Assembly (NCBI GenBank): GCA_977030845.1
Contig: OZ365109.1
Span: forward strand, 53,444,001 to 53,508,000
Source: Fimbriosthenelais zetlandica
Lineage: Eukaryota
Length of the DNA stretch: 64,000 bases
Reading direction: 5' to 3'
A program made the translations under genes and the position numbers. Under the pieces are notes generated by a model, which was given only the letters and a program-made list of their open reading frames with translations, was not told the origin of the DNA and made no database searches. Below, piece by piece: positions 1 through 11,100 of this stretch (positions are counted from its first letter, which is position 1; each line of letters begins with the position of its first letter).

Positions 1-1100
1 ACATTAAATCATGACATTATAATGGTCATTATGCATTGATTGTTAAATAAATAATTTATATGCCCCAGATGGACAACAGTTTTTAGCCACCGTGATTTCT
101 TCATGAAAAATCATAGTGAAAGCCTAAATGAAGGATTGACTATAGAAATATGAACATATTCAGCCAGTGAATGAATGATATATGGTATTCAGAAAGTCCA
201 TGGATCCATTTCCTCATACGTTTTTCATTTGAGTTTGATGTGTTGACATGACATGCATGCTCATACTGTCTTTATTGATGTTCTGCAGGTGGAAACCAGC
301 AGAGATACGGTAAAGCCATCAATGCAGATCATTATCAGGAGGAGAGGAGAGGTAGGTGCTGCTAGTTTTCTCGGTCTAAGGTCTTCACACACCAAGCTAT
401 GCTTAGTTGGGTGGAGGGGGCAAACATTAGCACATTTAAGTGGTTGGAGGGACCAGATGGGGCAATTGAGGATACAACCCATTCCCTGATTATCGTTTGT
501 GGGGCATGGCTTCATGTTCCCGGCAGAAGCCAACTGTCCATCAGATTTAAAAGATGTCTGTCATAAACATAACAAACAAAACCCAACCGATGAAAAGTTT
601 ACCCGTACCTGCATGTAACATTCAAAATTATACACCCGTAACACATACACTGTTAAAAATCCAAAATGTTCAACAGTCTGGCGCCGTCCATACCTAATAT
701 AATATTTGCTTAGATGGCGACACTACCCTGTCGCCATCCAGCCAACTCCTGAACAGCATGCCATCGTTTGAGTAAAGCTTCAGAAATGCCGCCGTCCGAC
801 CGCTGATATTTCCATTGTCTACCTCACCAATACACATCATGCCACCCCGGGGGGCTATACACCCCTAGCCACCCTCTAACATTTAGAGTCCTAACTACCC
901 ACTAGTAACACCTAGGGTGTATCAGACAAGATAAGGAATAAGGCCTGCAAATATTATGATTATACCTGAAGAAATGAATTATGAGACAAGGGAATATATA
1001 TTTGAGAAAAAAATAATCTCTTTCAATATATATGAAAAGTTAAATATTTTAGAAATAATTGACATTAACCTCGGAGAACAATTTTTTTTAATTTGTTCTG

Positions 1101-1114
1101 GTTACCATGGAAAC
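1101..1114. promoter_or_regulatory. RFX X-box motif
   Basis: GTTACCATGGAAAC matches the RFX consensus GTTNCCATGGNAAC. Confidence 0.45.
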
Positions 1115-1439
1115 CATGACATCGCATTTAATTTTAAGATTTTAATTTTTTTTTAAACAATTTTACCTTATTTGTAAATAAGCAACCAGGAATTATAAAG
1201 TAGGCCTAAAGTTACATATGTATAATAGCCTATAGTGTTAATGCACACAGGTCCCAAGTACAGTAATATTTCAATAAAATCTATGACTTGAAGATTTGTT
1301 CGGCTACCAACAGTTATGAATGCATGTATAGACATAGTCGTTGCGTGGTGGTCAAATTTGGTCACGCTTAAGTGACCACCACCTACTAACACCTCTGATT
1401 GGAGGAGGGTGATGGGTCTTAGGCATTAGGCGGGTAGGA

Positions 1440-2845
1440 GACTACCAGAGGCCTTCACTGCAGTGAGGGAGAGAGGGAGGTCAGTTTCCGGTCAACTTTG
1501 AAAGAGGGAAGACATGCTTGACATGCTTCATTCATACGCAATGGTAAGCAGAATCCTTCACCATCATTGTTCTTCACTGTTCATTATCTTGGGTTTTGTA
1601 ATACCAATAATAAAAGCCGACATGATTAAACAATACATTTATACCGTACATTGTTTCATCCTACTTTGATTATCATTTATCTTTCAGATTCAATATCTCA
1701 TGTCATAGGCCTACTCGGTGGAAGTTCGACAGGCCCCAGATTTTGGTAAGTAAAATTATTTATGATTGCTAAGTGGCGCAAATGGTCGCTCACAGTCATC
1801 TTCATTTTTCTGGAAACCTGTGAATTAAAACTTATATTATTAACGCCTGGATTTAGAGCCCCTATTTCACACATTTGTCGATAGTGTGGCTTTGTGGACG
1901 CCAGTTTGCGCTAAAACAATTGGCCAGTCTACAAACATTGAGGACGAATTAGCGCCATGAAATAACCTTATATTTATTATTGTATTTTTCAGACATTAGC
2001 CTACGCGCCAGAGATTCGGATTTCAGGTATAGAAACTTGAAATTGTATTTTTTCAGATATGTGTCTGAGATAACATGGTCATTTGACATTGACATACTCC
2101 ATAATAAATGAGACAGCAGGTGAAAATCCGCGAATCAGAAAACAAGGGGAAGCTTCCATAACTGTTTTAAAAGAGGTGAGTTTAAAATGTATCATTTTTA
2201 AAACATAATATATTCGGTTATGTCTTAGCCTGCATCTCGCATTATCTACCTCGCACAATTATAGTACATGTATATGTTTATTTACAGACCTCGTGTAGGC
2301 ATGGACAACAATAGGCCCACATATAGCCACACTAATCCGCCTATTGTCTCTGCCCCGCCACATCCCGCCACCTGGGCGGATGTGGCGGGCAGCGTCTTCA
2401 AAGGGGGGATTATAATTCTTAAAGTTTGGAACATTTATTTGTTGCACTAGTAATGATGTGATAGTCTCAATAATAATATTGTTTCAAAAGTGTGCAAAAA
2501 CAGTTGAATATATGTTTTTTTCACTTTAAGATAGGGGGAAGTGGGGTTGACTGGTTCCCAAAATAATCTACTTAAATTTAGACAGAACTTGCAAACTTTT
2601 GAGATGGCCCTTAATAGAGATAAATTTTGATTTCAAATATTTCTTTTTACTGCTTACACAATTTCATTTATTTTCAGGAAGAGAGAGAGAGAGAGGGAGA
2701 GAGAGAGAGAGAGAGAGTGATTAGAACACATGGCTCATTTGGTTCAGGAATGTTATGCCACGTCTCCAAAGGCCAAGTCAACACCTCAATTGATGATCTC
2801 TATAATTATTGATGATTAATAAAAGTTGGGGGAATAGGGGTGGGT
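1440..2845 (+). ncRNA. Candidate spliced non-coding transcript
   Basis: Chain of good splice signals: donor gtaagc at 1544; exon 1688-1745 (ctttcag / gtaagt); exon 1993 or 2057 to 2175 (ttttcag / gtgagt); acceptor ttattttcag at 2677; AATAAA near 2818. The frames I traced through the junctions close quickly. The start coordinate is approximate. Confidence 0.3.
2680..2717. repeat. (GA)n microsatellite
   Basis: Near-perfect GA dinucleotide run of about 19 units. Confidence 0.95.
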
Positions 2846-2897
2846 TGGGGAGCCGGGGCGGGTATAGTGGATGGGTGGGGGACTGGGGCGGGGGTGG

Positions 2898-3002
2898 GGG
2901 TGGGGGTAGAGGCTCATATTATGGACCAATCAGGGTGGGGGTAGAGGCTTATATTATGGACCAATCAGGGTGGGGGTAGAGGCTTATATTATGGACCAAT
3001 CA
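2898..3002 (+). repeat. 35-bp tandem repeat x3, each unit with a CCAAT box
   Basis: GGGTGGGGGTAGAGGCT(C/T)ATATTATGGACCAATCA at 2898-2932, 2933-2967 and 2968-3002, with one mismatch and no spacers. Confidence 0.95.
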
Positions 3003-3200
3003 GGGGCCGGTTTTCATGTGGCGCTCAGTGTGGTAAAGGGATTAGTGGGGACGGCGCGCTGTTGTAAAAGCTTAAGCCACGAACAGCGGCACGTTGTTTC
3101 AGTGTGCGACTGTGCGGCGACGCATAGACGGCGGGAATTAATGCGCACTGACGGCGCGCGTCGCAATCCCGAAAAACCCGCCGCCTGGACATGCTCTGAA
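3003..3200. promoter_or_regulatory. CpG-rich promoter-like segment
   Basis: Local CpG density well above the flanks; E2F-like GGCGGGAA near 3130; directly follows three NF-Y-type GACCAATCA boxes. Confidence 0.35.
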
Positions 3201-4320
3201 TATTGTCCAGACCATGACAGGCTGTTAGGATTTGTAACAGTGTAGGATGATCGGTCCCAATCGGATTTATGTGGACATAGCCTTCTGTCCTCTTCTTGTG
3301 AAATCTGATTGAATATACCCATTATTCATCGTGACCCAAATCCGATTGATCACTCTTATCTTTTTCCAATGGTCATTCTCTCCTTTCCTTTCTACCAAAT
3401 CCTTATCTTCCACCTTTCACCTGCGTACACTCTCGCCTGATTATAGCAGCACATATGTGCGATCAACCTCTTGCATGTGGATATCCGCCGACCCGTTTTC
3501 TCAACCACTCTAATCTCAAAACGTTTTCCTTATAAATCCACATTGATGCGCATTCAGGAACACCCCTCCAATTACCTAATCCTTCATTCCGTTTTCCTTA
3601 AGTGCATAGGAGACTGGGATCCACCCTTGAATGACCTTGTTTTAAATGGCATCTTCGTCCTATCTGACTTATCTAAATTATAAACAGTCATTTAACACCT
3701 CCAACTCATCATTTTAAATCCTAGTTTAACATGGGCCTTGCAGCCCGGGCCTGCCAGACCAAGTGACCCAAGCTTCTGCAAAGCCTATCAATATTATTGA
3801 CTGGACATCAATCCCGATAGCCTTGGTCCTCTACAAGCAGGCAGTGAGATAAGGTGAAGGACAGATGGGCATTAACTCCCCCACATAGATAACAGGTCTA
3901 CCACCCCAGACACCTTAATCCTCCCCATGGCCCCAGGCAAAGATACCATCCAAATCGGATTAAGGTGCGACCAAGTTGAAATCCCAACCAATGTCATTTA
4001 ATTCCCATAAAAAGGAATTGAATATCAATTGTGGTTCCGCCTCCAGGGTGGCAAAAATATATGTCCATTATTGAATGTAGTTGGGTGAAGGACATCCTGA
4101 AAGCTTCAACAACCCACAAGCTTTCTGCCTGAGGTCAAGGTCTTTTGAGAAAACTACTTATATACTATACAGGTATTTATAACTTACTCATACAAATAAC
4201 TACAAATAACTGATATTGATGCTTAATGCAATAATCACTAATACACCAATGCTAGCGGCATATCGTTGAAGGATTTCTCGTGTGCTTTTTTCGGTGACAA
4301 TTCCCGTACATTAATAAAAC

Positions 4321-4434
4321 CTAAATTTTCCATGACCATTTTCGAATTTCCATGTTGTTTCAAGTAACACAAATTCCATGACCACTTGCATTTTCCCTGG
4401 AAAGCCTACATTTCAGGAAATCTGTGAAAAATTC
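4321..4434. mobile_element. Non-autonomous DNA-transposon relic (TTCCATGACC-repeat type)
   Basis: Repeated aattttccatgacc / aatttccatg / aaattccatgacc / ttttccctgg motifs resemble the subterminal repeats of CAGGG-ended invertebrate elements. No intact termini seen. Confidence 0.35.
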
Positions 4435-5346
4435 TTTGTCCAATACATGTCTTTAATGGCTGATATATATATCTGAACACACTCAATGATTTCTAATGCA
4501 TGAGAAATGCAGCATCAAATATCACAGATCTATGTTTTGTTACACTTCTTGTCGGCATCAAGGACGTGTACAGATCATATATGAGCTCAGTTATAATTGG
4601 CGTATGCCCCGGGGGCCAATTCTCCAGACCCCTGTAAGGAATATCAAATTGGTGATATACTCACTCTGTAATCAGATGGAGCTCGTTTGGGCAATGGAGT
4701 AGAAAATAGTTTGAGATGATTCATCAGCTGATCGATAAAAAGTTACTTTCTGGGCTAAATAAAGGTCACTTCTCAATATACCTTAGCCCGTCTGATACAG
4801 GAAGAAAGAATAAATCATTGGGGAAACTTTTTTACATTCTATCACTGAATATTTTAACACGGGGGCGCATCCAGAAATCCAGGCTTTTGGAAACGAAGGG
4901 TGGTGGTGTTGGGGGTGGTCCAGCTTTGTGGTCCCAAAAATTATTGGAGAAAAAATCTCCGAAATCCCTCCCACTCCAATTATGTAGCTGAAGTAGGGGT
5001 TGGGGAATGATCCATATAAAATCCATGCATCCACAGCACCCAGGGACATATTAAAGTGGCAACATAAACAGGGAAATGATTTTATAGATGTGTATTCTTC
5101 GAGCAGTATGTAAATATGTGTAAGCCTAAATAACCTTGATTGAAAAACTCGACTGAGATTGGAATTGGGCTATAACTTGTTTAAGACGCAATTAAGTTCA
5201 TGAGATGAAAATTGCCTTGACACTTGAGAACAAAATAATTTAATCATACCTTAAAGAAATGACATCATTTCTGCAGGGGAAAAAATCACCCCACTCTTTA
5301 TATTCCCCACCACGTACCAATCCTCAAGCATTGAATTCTGATTCTT

Positions 5347-5360
5347 GTTGCCATAGTAAC
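5347..5360. promoter_or_regulatory. RFX X-box motif
   Basis: GTTGCCATAGTAAC matches the RFX consensus. Confidence 0.45.
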
Positions 5361-6310
5361 CGTAATGATCCGACCCCTAATTTGATAATAAAATGAGAGA
5401 AGGTCCCGACACGCAAAGAAAATGTTCAAAAAAAGGTATTCAGCCCTTTATTGGCCGTGTTGGAGATTACATCTGAGGTGTTTTTCTAGCAGCCATATAA
5501 ATTCATTTGTCACCAAGCAACCATCTGGATGAAAGTGAAATTCTTTCAAAGAAGTAAAATATGCAGCACGTATAGCCAATAGCTGACGCTCAAATGACAT
5601 CATTGTTCAGGGCGTTTTTGAATTGGTCTCAGAATCTACCAATGTGAGTTATCTGCCTAATTTTCAGGTATCCAAACCGATTACCAATAATGTTCAGCCT
5701 AGTCTACATTTGCGAGACACGATATATGCATAAAGACCCCGTGTATAAGTATGACCCTTTGCACCTTGAACATGAAATTGATAGTGCTGTTCAGGCTTTC
5801 ATGTGATCATTTGCAAAATAAGACAATTTAAAGGCAAATCCTTCCATCAACCTTTCAGGTGCCGGAGGTCCAAGTCCAATAAAAGAAGGCATTCATCTTC
5901 GGGCGAATGATTGAATGAGCAAGACGATGTAAAAATATTATCTTGCCCTTGTAACTCGCAATTTTTATGGCCTTTTTCTTTTCTTCTCCATAATCATCCA
6001 TATCTTGATAAGTCTGAGCTCTTTTCCATTGAGAAATGGGCCCTGTCTCAGGTGAGTTTCAAGGAGAAAATGATGGGTAAACCAGAAATTATTTGATCTG
6101 GGAAAATTTAAACATCATATTAGAAAAATAGGCTCGATCTCCTCACCTCCCGGATAGGCCTACGTCAGCCAGATCTTTCAAGGAAGTCAACAATAAATAT
6201 TTATATCGAGTTGAAACATACTGAAAAACAAAAATGGAACATTCAACATATTGCAGCAGAAACAGTTGAAGATGTAGACCTCGTTTACATTTATCGCAAT
6301 AACCACGGGG

Positions 6311-6482
6311 CCAGGAGGGGGCAAGATGTGGAGGAGCGACCCCTAGTGTACATGTTAGCCACCTATAGACCCAGCTACCCCGGCCCGCCCGCGAGATGAC
6401 GCCTCCAGTGATAAGGCAGCGACCTCTCCTCAAGAGGGAACCACTAGCGGAAGTGTTCCGTCGTTGATAGCGACCCCTGGCG
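6311..6482. promoter_or_regulatory. Cluster of CTCF-like motifs in a GC-rich island
   Basis: CCAGGAGGGGGCAA at 6311 (+); AGCGACCCCTAGTGT at 6335 and TAGCGACCCCTGGCG at 6468 (reverse complements CACTAGGGGTCGCT and CGCCAGGGGTCGCTA); weaker copies at 6417 and 6441. Confidence 0.4.
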
Positions 6483-7310
6483 TCGTCCGCGGTCCCTGTC
6501 CCATGATAATGCACCAGAAGGTTGGCCTATCATTATGACACACGCCCTGGTCATATATGTTGTTGTTATCAAGTCATCCCGAGAAACAATGGAAAAGTCG
6601 GAAATCTATATTGACTGTTGACATCCGCCATGATCGGAAGCCATATCGTAGAAAGAGGTAGAACTAGAAACCCAAAATGAGAACTAAGACTTCAACTATA
6701 GTCCTTTAGCCCAAGGGCCCTTAGAAGGGGCATGTCTCCAAAGCCACCAACAGTGTTCTAGAACAGTGGAAGTCTGCTATCAAGAAACTCAAGACCTATG
6801 TTAATACCAATTTAAAGGTCGTTGAGCACCAAATTAATCAAAATTGTTCTCTGCCACTTGCCGATCTTCAATGGCAGTGATTTCGTACACTCTGGCATAG
6901 CTAGACCTGTAGGCCCTACTTGCAAAATAGTCCTATTGAATCAAGGGAACAGATCTGTAATATTGAAAGCAGCAACAAGCAGATTATAAGACACTAGAAA
7001 TATAAACCAGAAATATAACGATTTTTTATGGAGGAATATTATCACAAGAACATCTTTTTAATATTTCTACACCAGTCGCCAAACGATGTGCTTACGGCAA
7101 TACACCATCGTTTTCTCAGCCCCACTTGAATATTCAATCCAATCACAACTATACTTGTAGCCACTCAAAATGTCAAGTGTAGAACTTTGCATTCTGCGCC
7201 CACACCTCCTCTAGACCAGAAGCATCATTCAATTCATTTTACTGTGATGATATTTGCACACGCTCATTAGTGTAGGAATACTTCTCTGTGCCCCTCACGT
7301 CATACACTCT

Positions 7311-7390
7311 AATCAGTGACGTCAGCACAAACCACACTTCCACAAAGGCGAGTTCTCGTCACGATCTCGCGAGGTTCCACGTGATGTTCT
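7311..7390. promoter_or_regulatory. Promoter-like motif cluster just past the ADAL 3' end
   Basis: Full CRE TGACGTCA at 7317, AACCACA, TCTCGCGAG near 7366 and E-box CACGTG at 7378 within 80 bp. Confidence 0.4.
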
Positions 7391-8134
7391 CACAAGAAAG
7401 CCATCAACAAACGTCATTCTTGTTGTAAGATTGATATCATGGTTTTTCACCAGACATCCAATGATTTCCTCTTTTATGGAGGACTTTAACATGTCTCTTG
7501 AAATAGCCTACTAATTAGCAATAATCAATTAAATTACTAATGATCAATAAAATCCCCTATTATCGCGAATCAAATCAATAATGACAACTACTGATTATTG
7601 TATATTGAACTTCATAGTTTATTAGGATATCCAGAAAATAATAAAAAGTACATGATTACAGAAAAGTGATTACAAAACACAACACAAATATTGGAAATAT
7701 ACTGCATAAGTTTGTGGCCTTCAGATCATGTATTGCTATGCCTTTACCGAGCATGGAAGTCTCAAATACTCGATCTTAGTTAGGGTTAAAATGTATATCT
7801 AGCACTATAATGTTAAAGATAATGGAAACAATATTCTTCTTGAGTATTAATTTAGGTAGTAGAAAAAATGTTTAATCATTTTTTCTCTTCCTATAGGCTA
7901 TGTTAAAGACACTTAATTGTGGTCGTAGCATATCCGAAGCTTACTGAGACTGCTCTTGAACTGTCAGAATAATTTTTATCAAAGGAAGATTCAAAATATC
8001 TGTGAATGAATCAAACCTGAGATGACCGGGGTAGAAATCAGCCTCTTCTGAGACTAGAGATCTACAAAAGTCTGCAAATATCCCAATTACATGGGATTAT
8101 CGGAAGATGGAGTCATCATAATCTTGAATGTGAG

Positions 8135-11100
8135 TTAATCACAGGGCTGGTTTGTTTGTTCATACCAGGCTTTCCACTCTCCTCGGAGTTGCTCCTTCAT
8201 TTGCTCCGACTCAAAGATGGAATCAATGGAGGCGAGGGTCAAGTGCCAGAGGCTGGTTTTGCTGAGGTTGAAGGTGGTGGCTGCGTGGTGGTATTCTTCT
8301 GACAGGGTGGTATTGAAGACACCTTTATCATCCGTCTGAGGAGAGAGAACCATACATGTCATTGACAATGGAGGAGTGGACATTGGCAACCTCTCCGACT
8401 AAATTCAGATACTTTTCATGGCATGTGTGCACCCTTTTCAGGACAGAATATGTCAAAAGTGCACGGGAAAACAGTATGGCCTACTTATTTGTTCTTGACT
8501 CGAGTTTTGAATTGGTTTAATTTAATGGTTGGAGAGGTCCTATAAATAATAGAGGCAATTACAGAATTGACTTTCCTGCCGCCTAGTGTATGAAGAAAAA
8601 CATCCACTTGTAGACATGGTTAGGCTACTTCCGGTTTATGTGTATTGCCAGGTTTATATCGAAATGCTTTCATAAAAGCATAGTTTAGAGACTCTTAGTA
8701 ATGGGAATACGTAAATTGCAATTTCAGGGACAAATCCTGCAAGCAGTTCAGAATTGTTTTTTGGTTGCCTTGCCCTCGGCATATCTGATAACTATCCAAT
8801 TAACTCAGGAGAAAAGAGATTACTTAGATGATTGACTTGATAAAGTCTATTTATACGTATATGCAGATTTTTACTTGAGACATTTAAATTTCCTGTAGAA
8901 CTTTAAACTTAGACATTCGCAACTATAGTTCAAGGTTGAGAGACCATTACCTTGAATTTGTAAACTTGTTGGAGACAAAAATGGAAATAAAGAGTTCAAA
9001 ATGGAAGCTGTGATGCAGAAAAAAGGAGCAGAGCACATGCAGTGGGATTTGGTGATAAAGCTAGAGACACACACTGGGGAGAAGCAAGCTTCGTGACTTA
9101 TAAGCAATGGAATAAGCCTGGGGGCAATGGGTGGAACGGGTCAAATGATCAAACTATAGAGGGAGCGCCCGATGCCTGACGTCCTCAGATAATGAGATCA
9201 TTGGACTGTCAAGGGCCTTGTCTTGCCCGCACCTACATATAGATCGGAGAGCACTACAAAGAGGAGTGGTGAAAATATTACCGGAATATATAATCTTGTT
9301 ATCTCATTATATACAAGGTATGGCCACATAATCTAGGTGTATACATAGTTGTATTTCCATGTCTATTCTATTCAGCAATTGAAAGCAATTTTGTACATTA
9401 GGCCTATATTTCCTAGTACATTTTTTGCAGTATAACGTTAATAAGATTTTATTGAAGTTGCTATTGAAGGGCTGTGTGAATATTGTGGAAATGCTTAAAA
9501 TCACAATTTCCCTCTTATTCCATAATCTCGGGATATTTAATGCAAAAAAGCAGAGCTACTACAAATAAATGAATCTCGCATCCGAATCATACACATGCAC
9601 AGTCTCCCACACAGACAGTTATAATAAATATTCCTCCACATATATAAGCAATATAAATCTACACATGCTATTGGCTACATGCAGAATTGCAGACTGTTAA
9701 AAGGAGCTTTTTCAAGTTTCATCACAGTTGACTTGCATTTCACAGTCTGTTGGTCAGTGCACATGTATTGGTGAGACATTTCTCAAATGGAGTAAGAACG
9801 TCTTGGCAGTTGATGTCTTGATTTCTTTGCTTCATATCATGCAAAGAAACAAGAAATGACAGGAGCAGACAAATCAGCCATGAAGATCTATACTATCTGG
9901 CATTTTGTCAATGATTAAACCTCTTGCATTTTTATCTCAGTCTTCTGTTGACAGGGAGACCGAGCAATGCAAAGAAATTATCTTCGCAGTTTTTCAGCCT
10001 CCGATCAGTTCTCAAGCATTGGTGGATGAACATTATTTCCATTCACTAGGCGACCGCATGGGCTACATCAGTCTGCCTTCTGATTTTTTGTTTATCAGAA
10101 ACGCTCAGAGTTTTCAACAATTGAATACTGGGGCCTATACATAGGCCTATATATTTCAACCAGTTACCATGCAATAACTTTATTTCCCCCCATAAAACCT
10201 TGAACAACACTTCTTGTTCTGAGATTCTTTTTGTGAAGAGAGAGGTCTCTAGGACAAAGCAGAAGGTGATTGATGGATCGATGAGGTGATGGTTCAATCA
10301 GTTCTCCTCGCGGAACGCTATCAATAAAAAGCCCGTATTACGAGCACCTACCGGATGGTATAAAATGTCCATCGTGAACATGGCCTTGTAGACAATAAAA
10401 GCTAGTCTCGCTATAGACCATGATGAGCAAAGAGTGATAACAACTGACAAGGTGTTCTAATCGCTCCTCCGAGGACATTAAGCGACTCCTCCAATATGCT
10501 CGGGAGCTACTCACTCCACTCTGTCAGGTGTCGATAGGGCGACCCGGGTGAGAGCCCGGTAGGTGTGAGGGACTGTTTGGGGGGTAGTGACGGATCTGAT
10601 CCACTATTAGAAGTACCAGCAACAGCCTCTGACAGATAGACCCCCAGACCCTCTTAATCTATCCTACCGCTATCTGTCTCCAGCCCTCCCATATTTCATC
10701 GAGCTAGGATGAATCAATCTGCCCCCACCAGGGATCAATTGATTTCCTCATTGATTTGCCATTAGCTTATTCGCTGGGTGATGGCATCCGAACGCCCGAA
10801 AATGATTTAGTTTAAAAGGTAAGACTATTAGGGATCCTCCCCCAAAGGGACAGGGACAGGACACTCGTAGGCGGGAGGTGCAGGCAAACCCCATCAGTAA
10901 GAGGATAAGAAGTTACTGCGCCACTTTCTTACCAGAGAGGCCAGACAAATTAATAACGGGTTTCATAACAAAGATCAAAGTGTTGTGTTTTATGGGCGAT
11001 GAAGGAAGGATCTGGAACAATGGCATTGTTAGAGCTCTGTTCTAAATATGTTGAATGTTCGAATCTGTTTAGGGACAGGTTGACTCACTCATATGAATTC

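Noticed and set aside
261-557. Cys-rich minus-strand ORF with a plausible acceptor at 558
   Set aside because: No recognisable domain and no upstream exon I could join in frame; left unannotated.
1510-1528. p53-like element AGACATGCTTGACATGCTT
   Set aside because: The two half-sites overlap by one base, so the spacing is non-canonical; it is simply a 9-bp direct repeat.
2898-3002. 35-bp repeats as a CRISPR array
   Set aside because: Units are directly adjacent with no spacers, there are no cas genes, and the context is eukaryotic.
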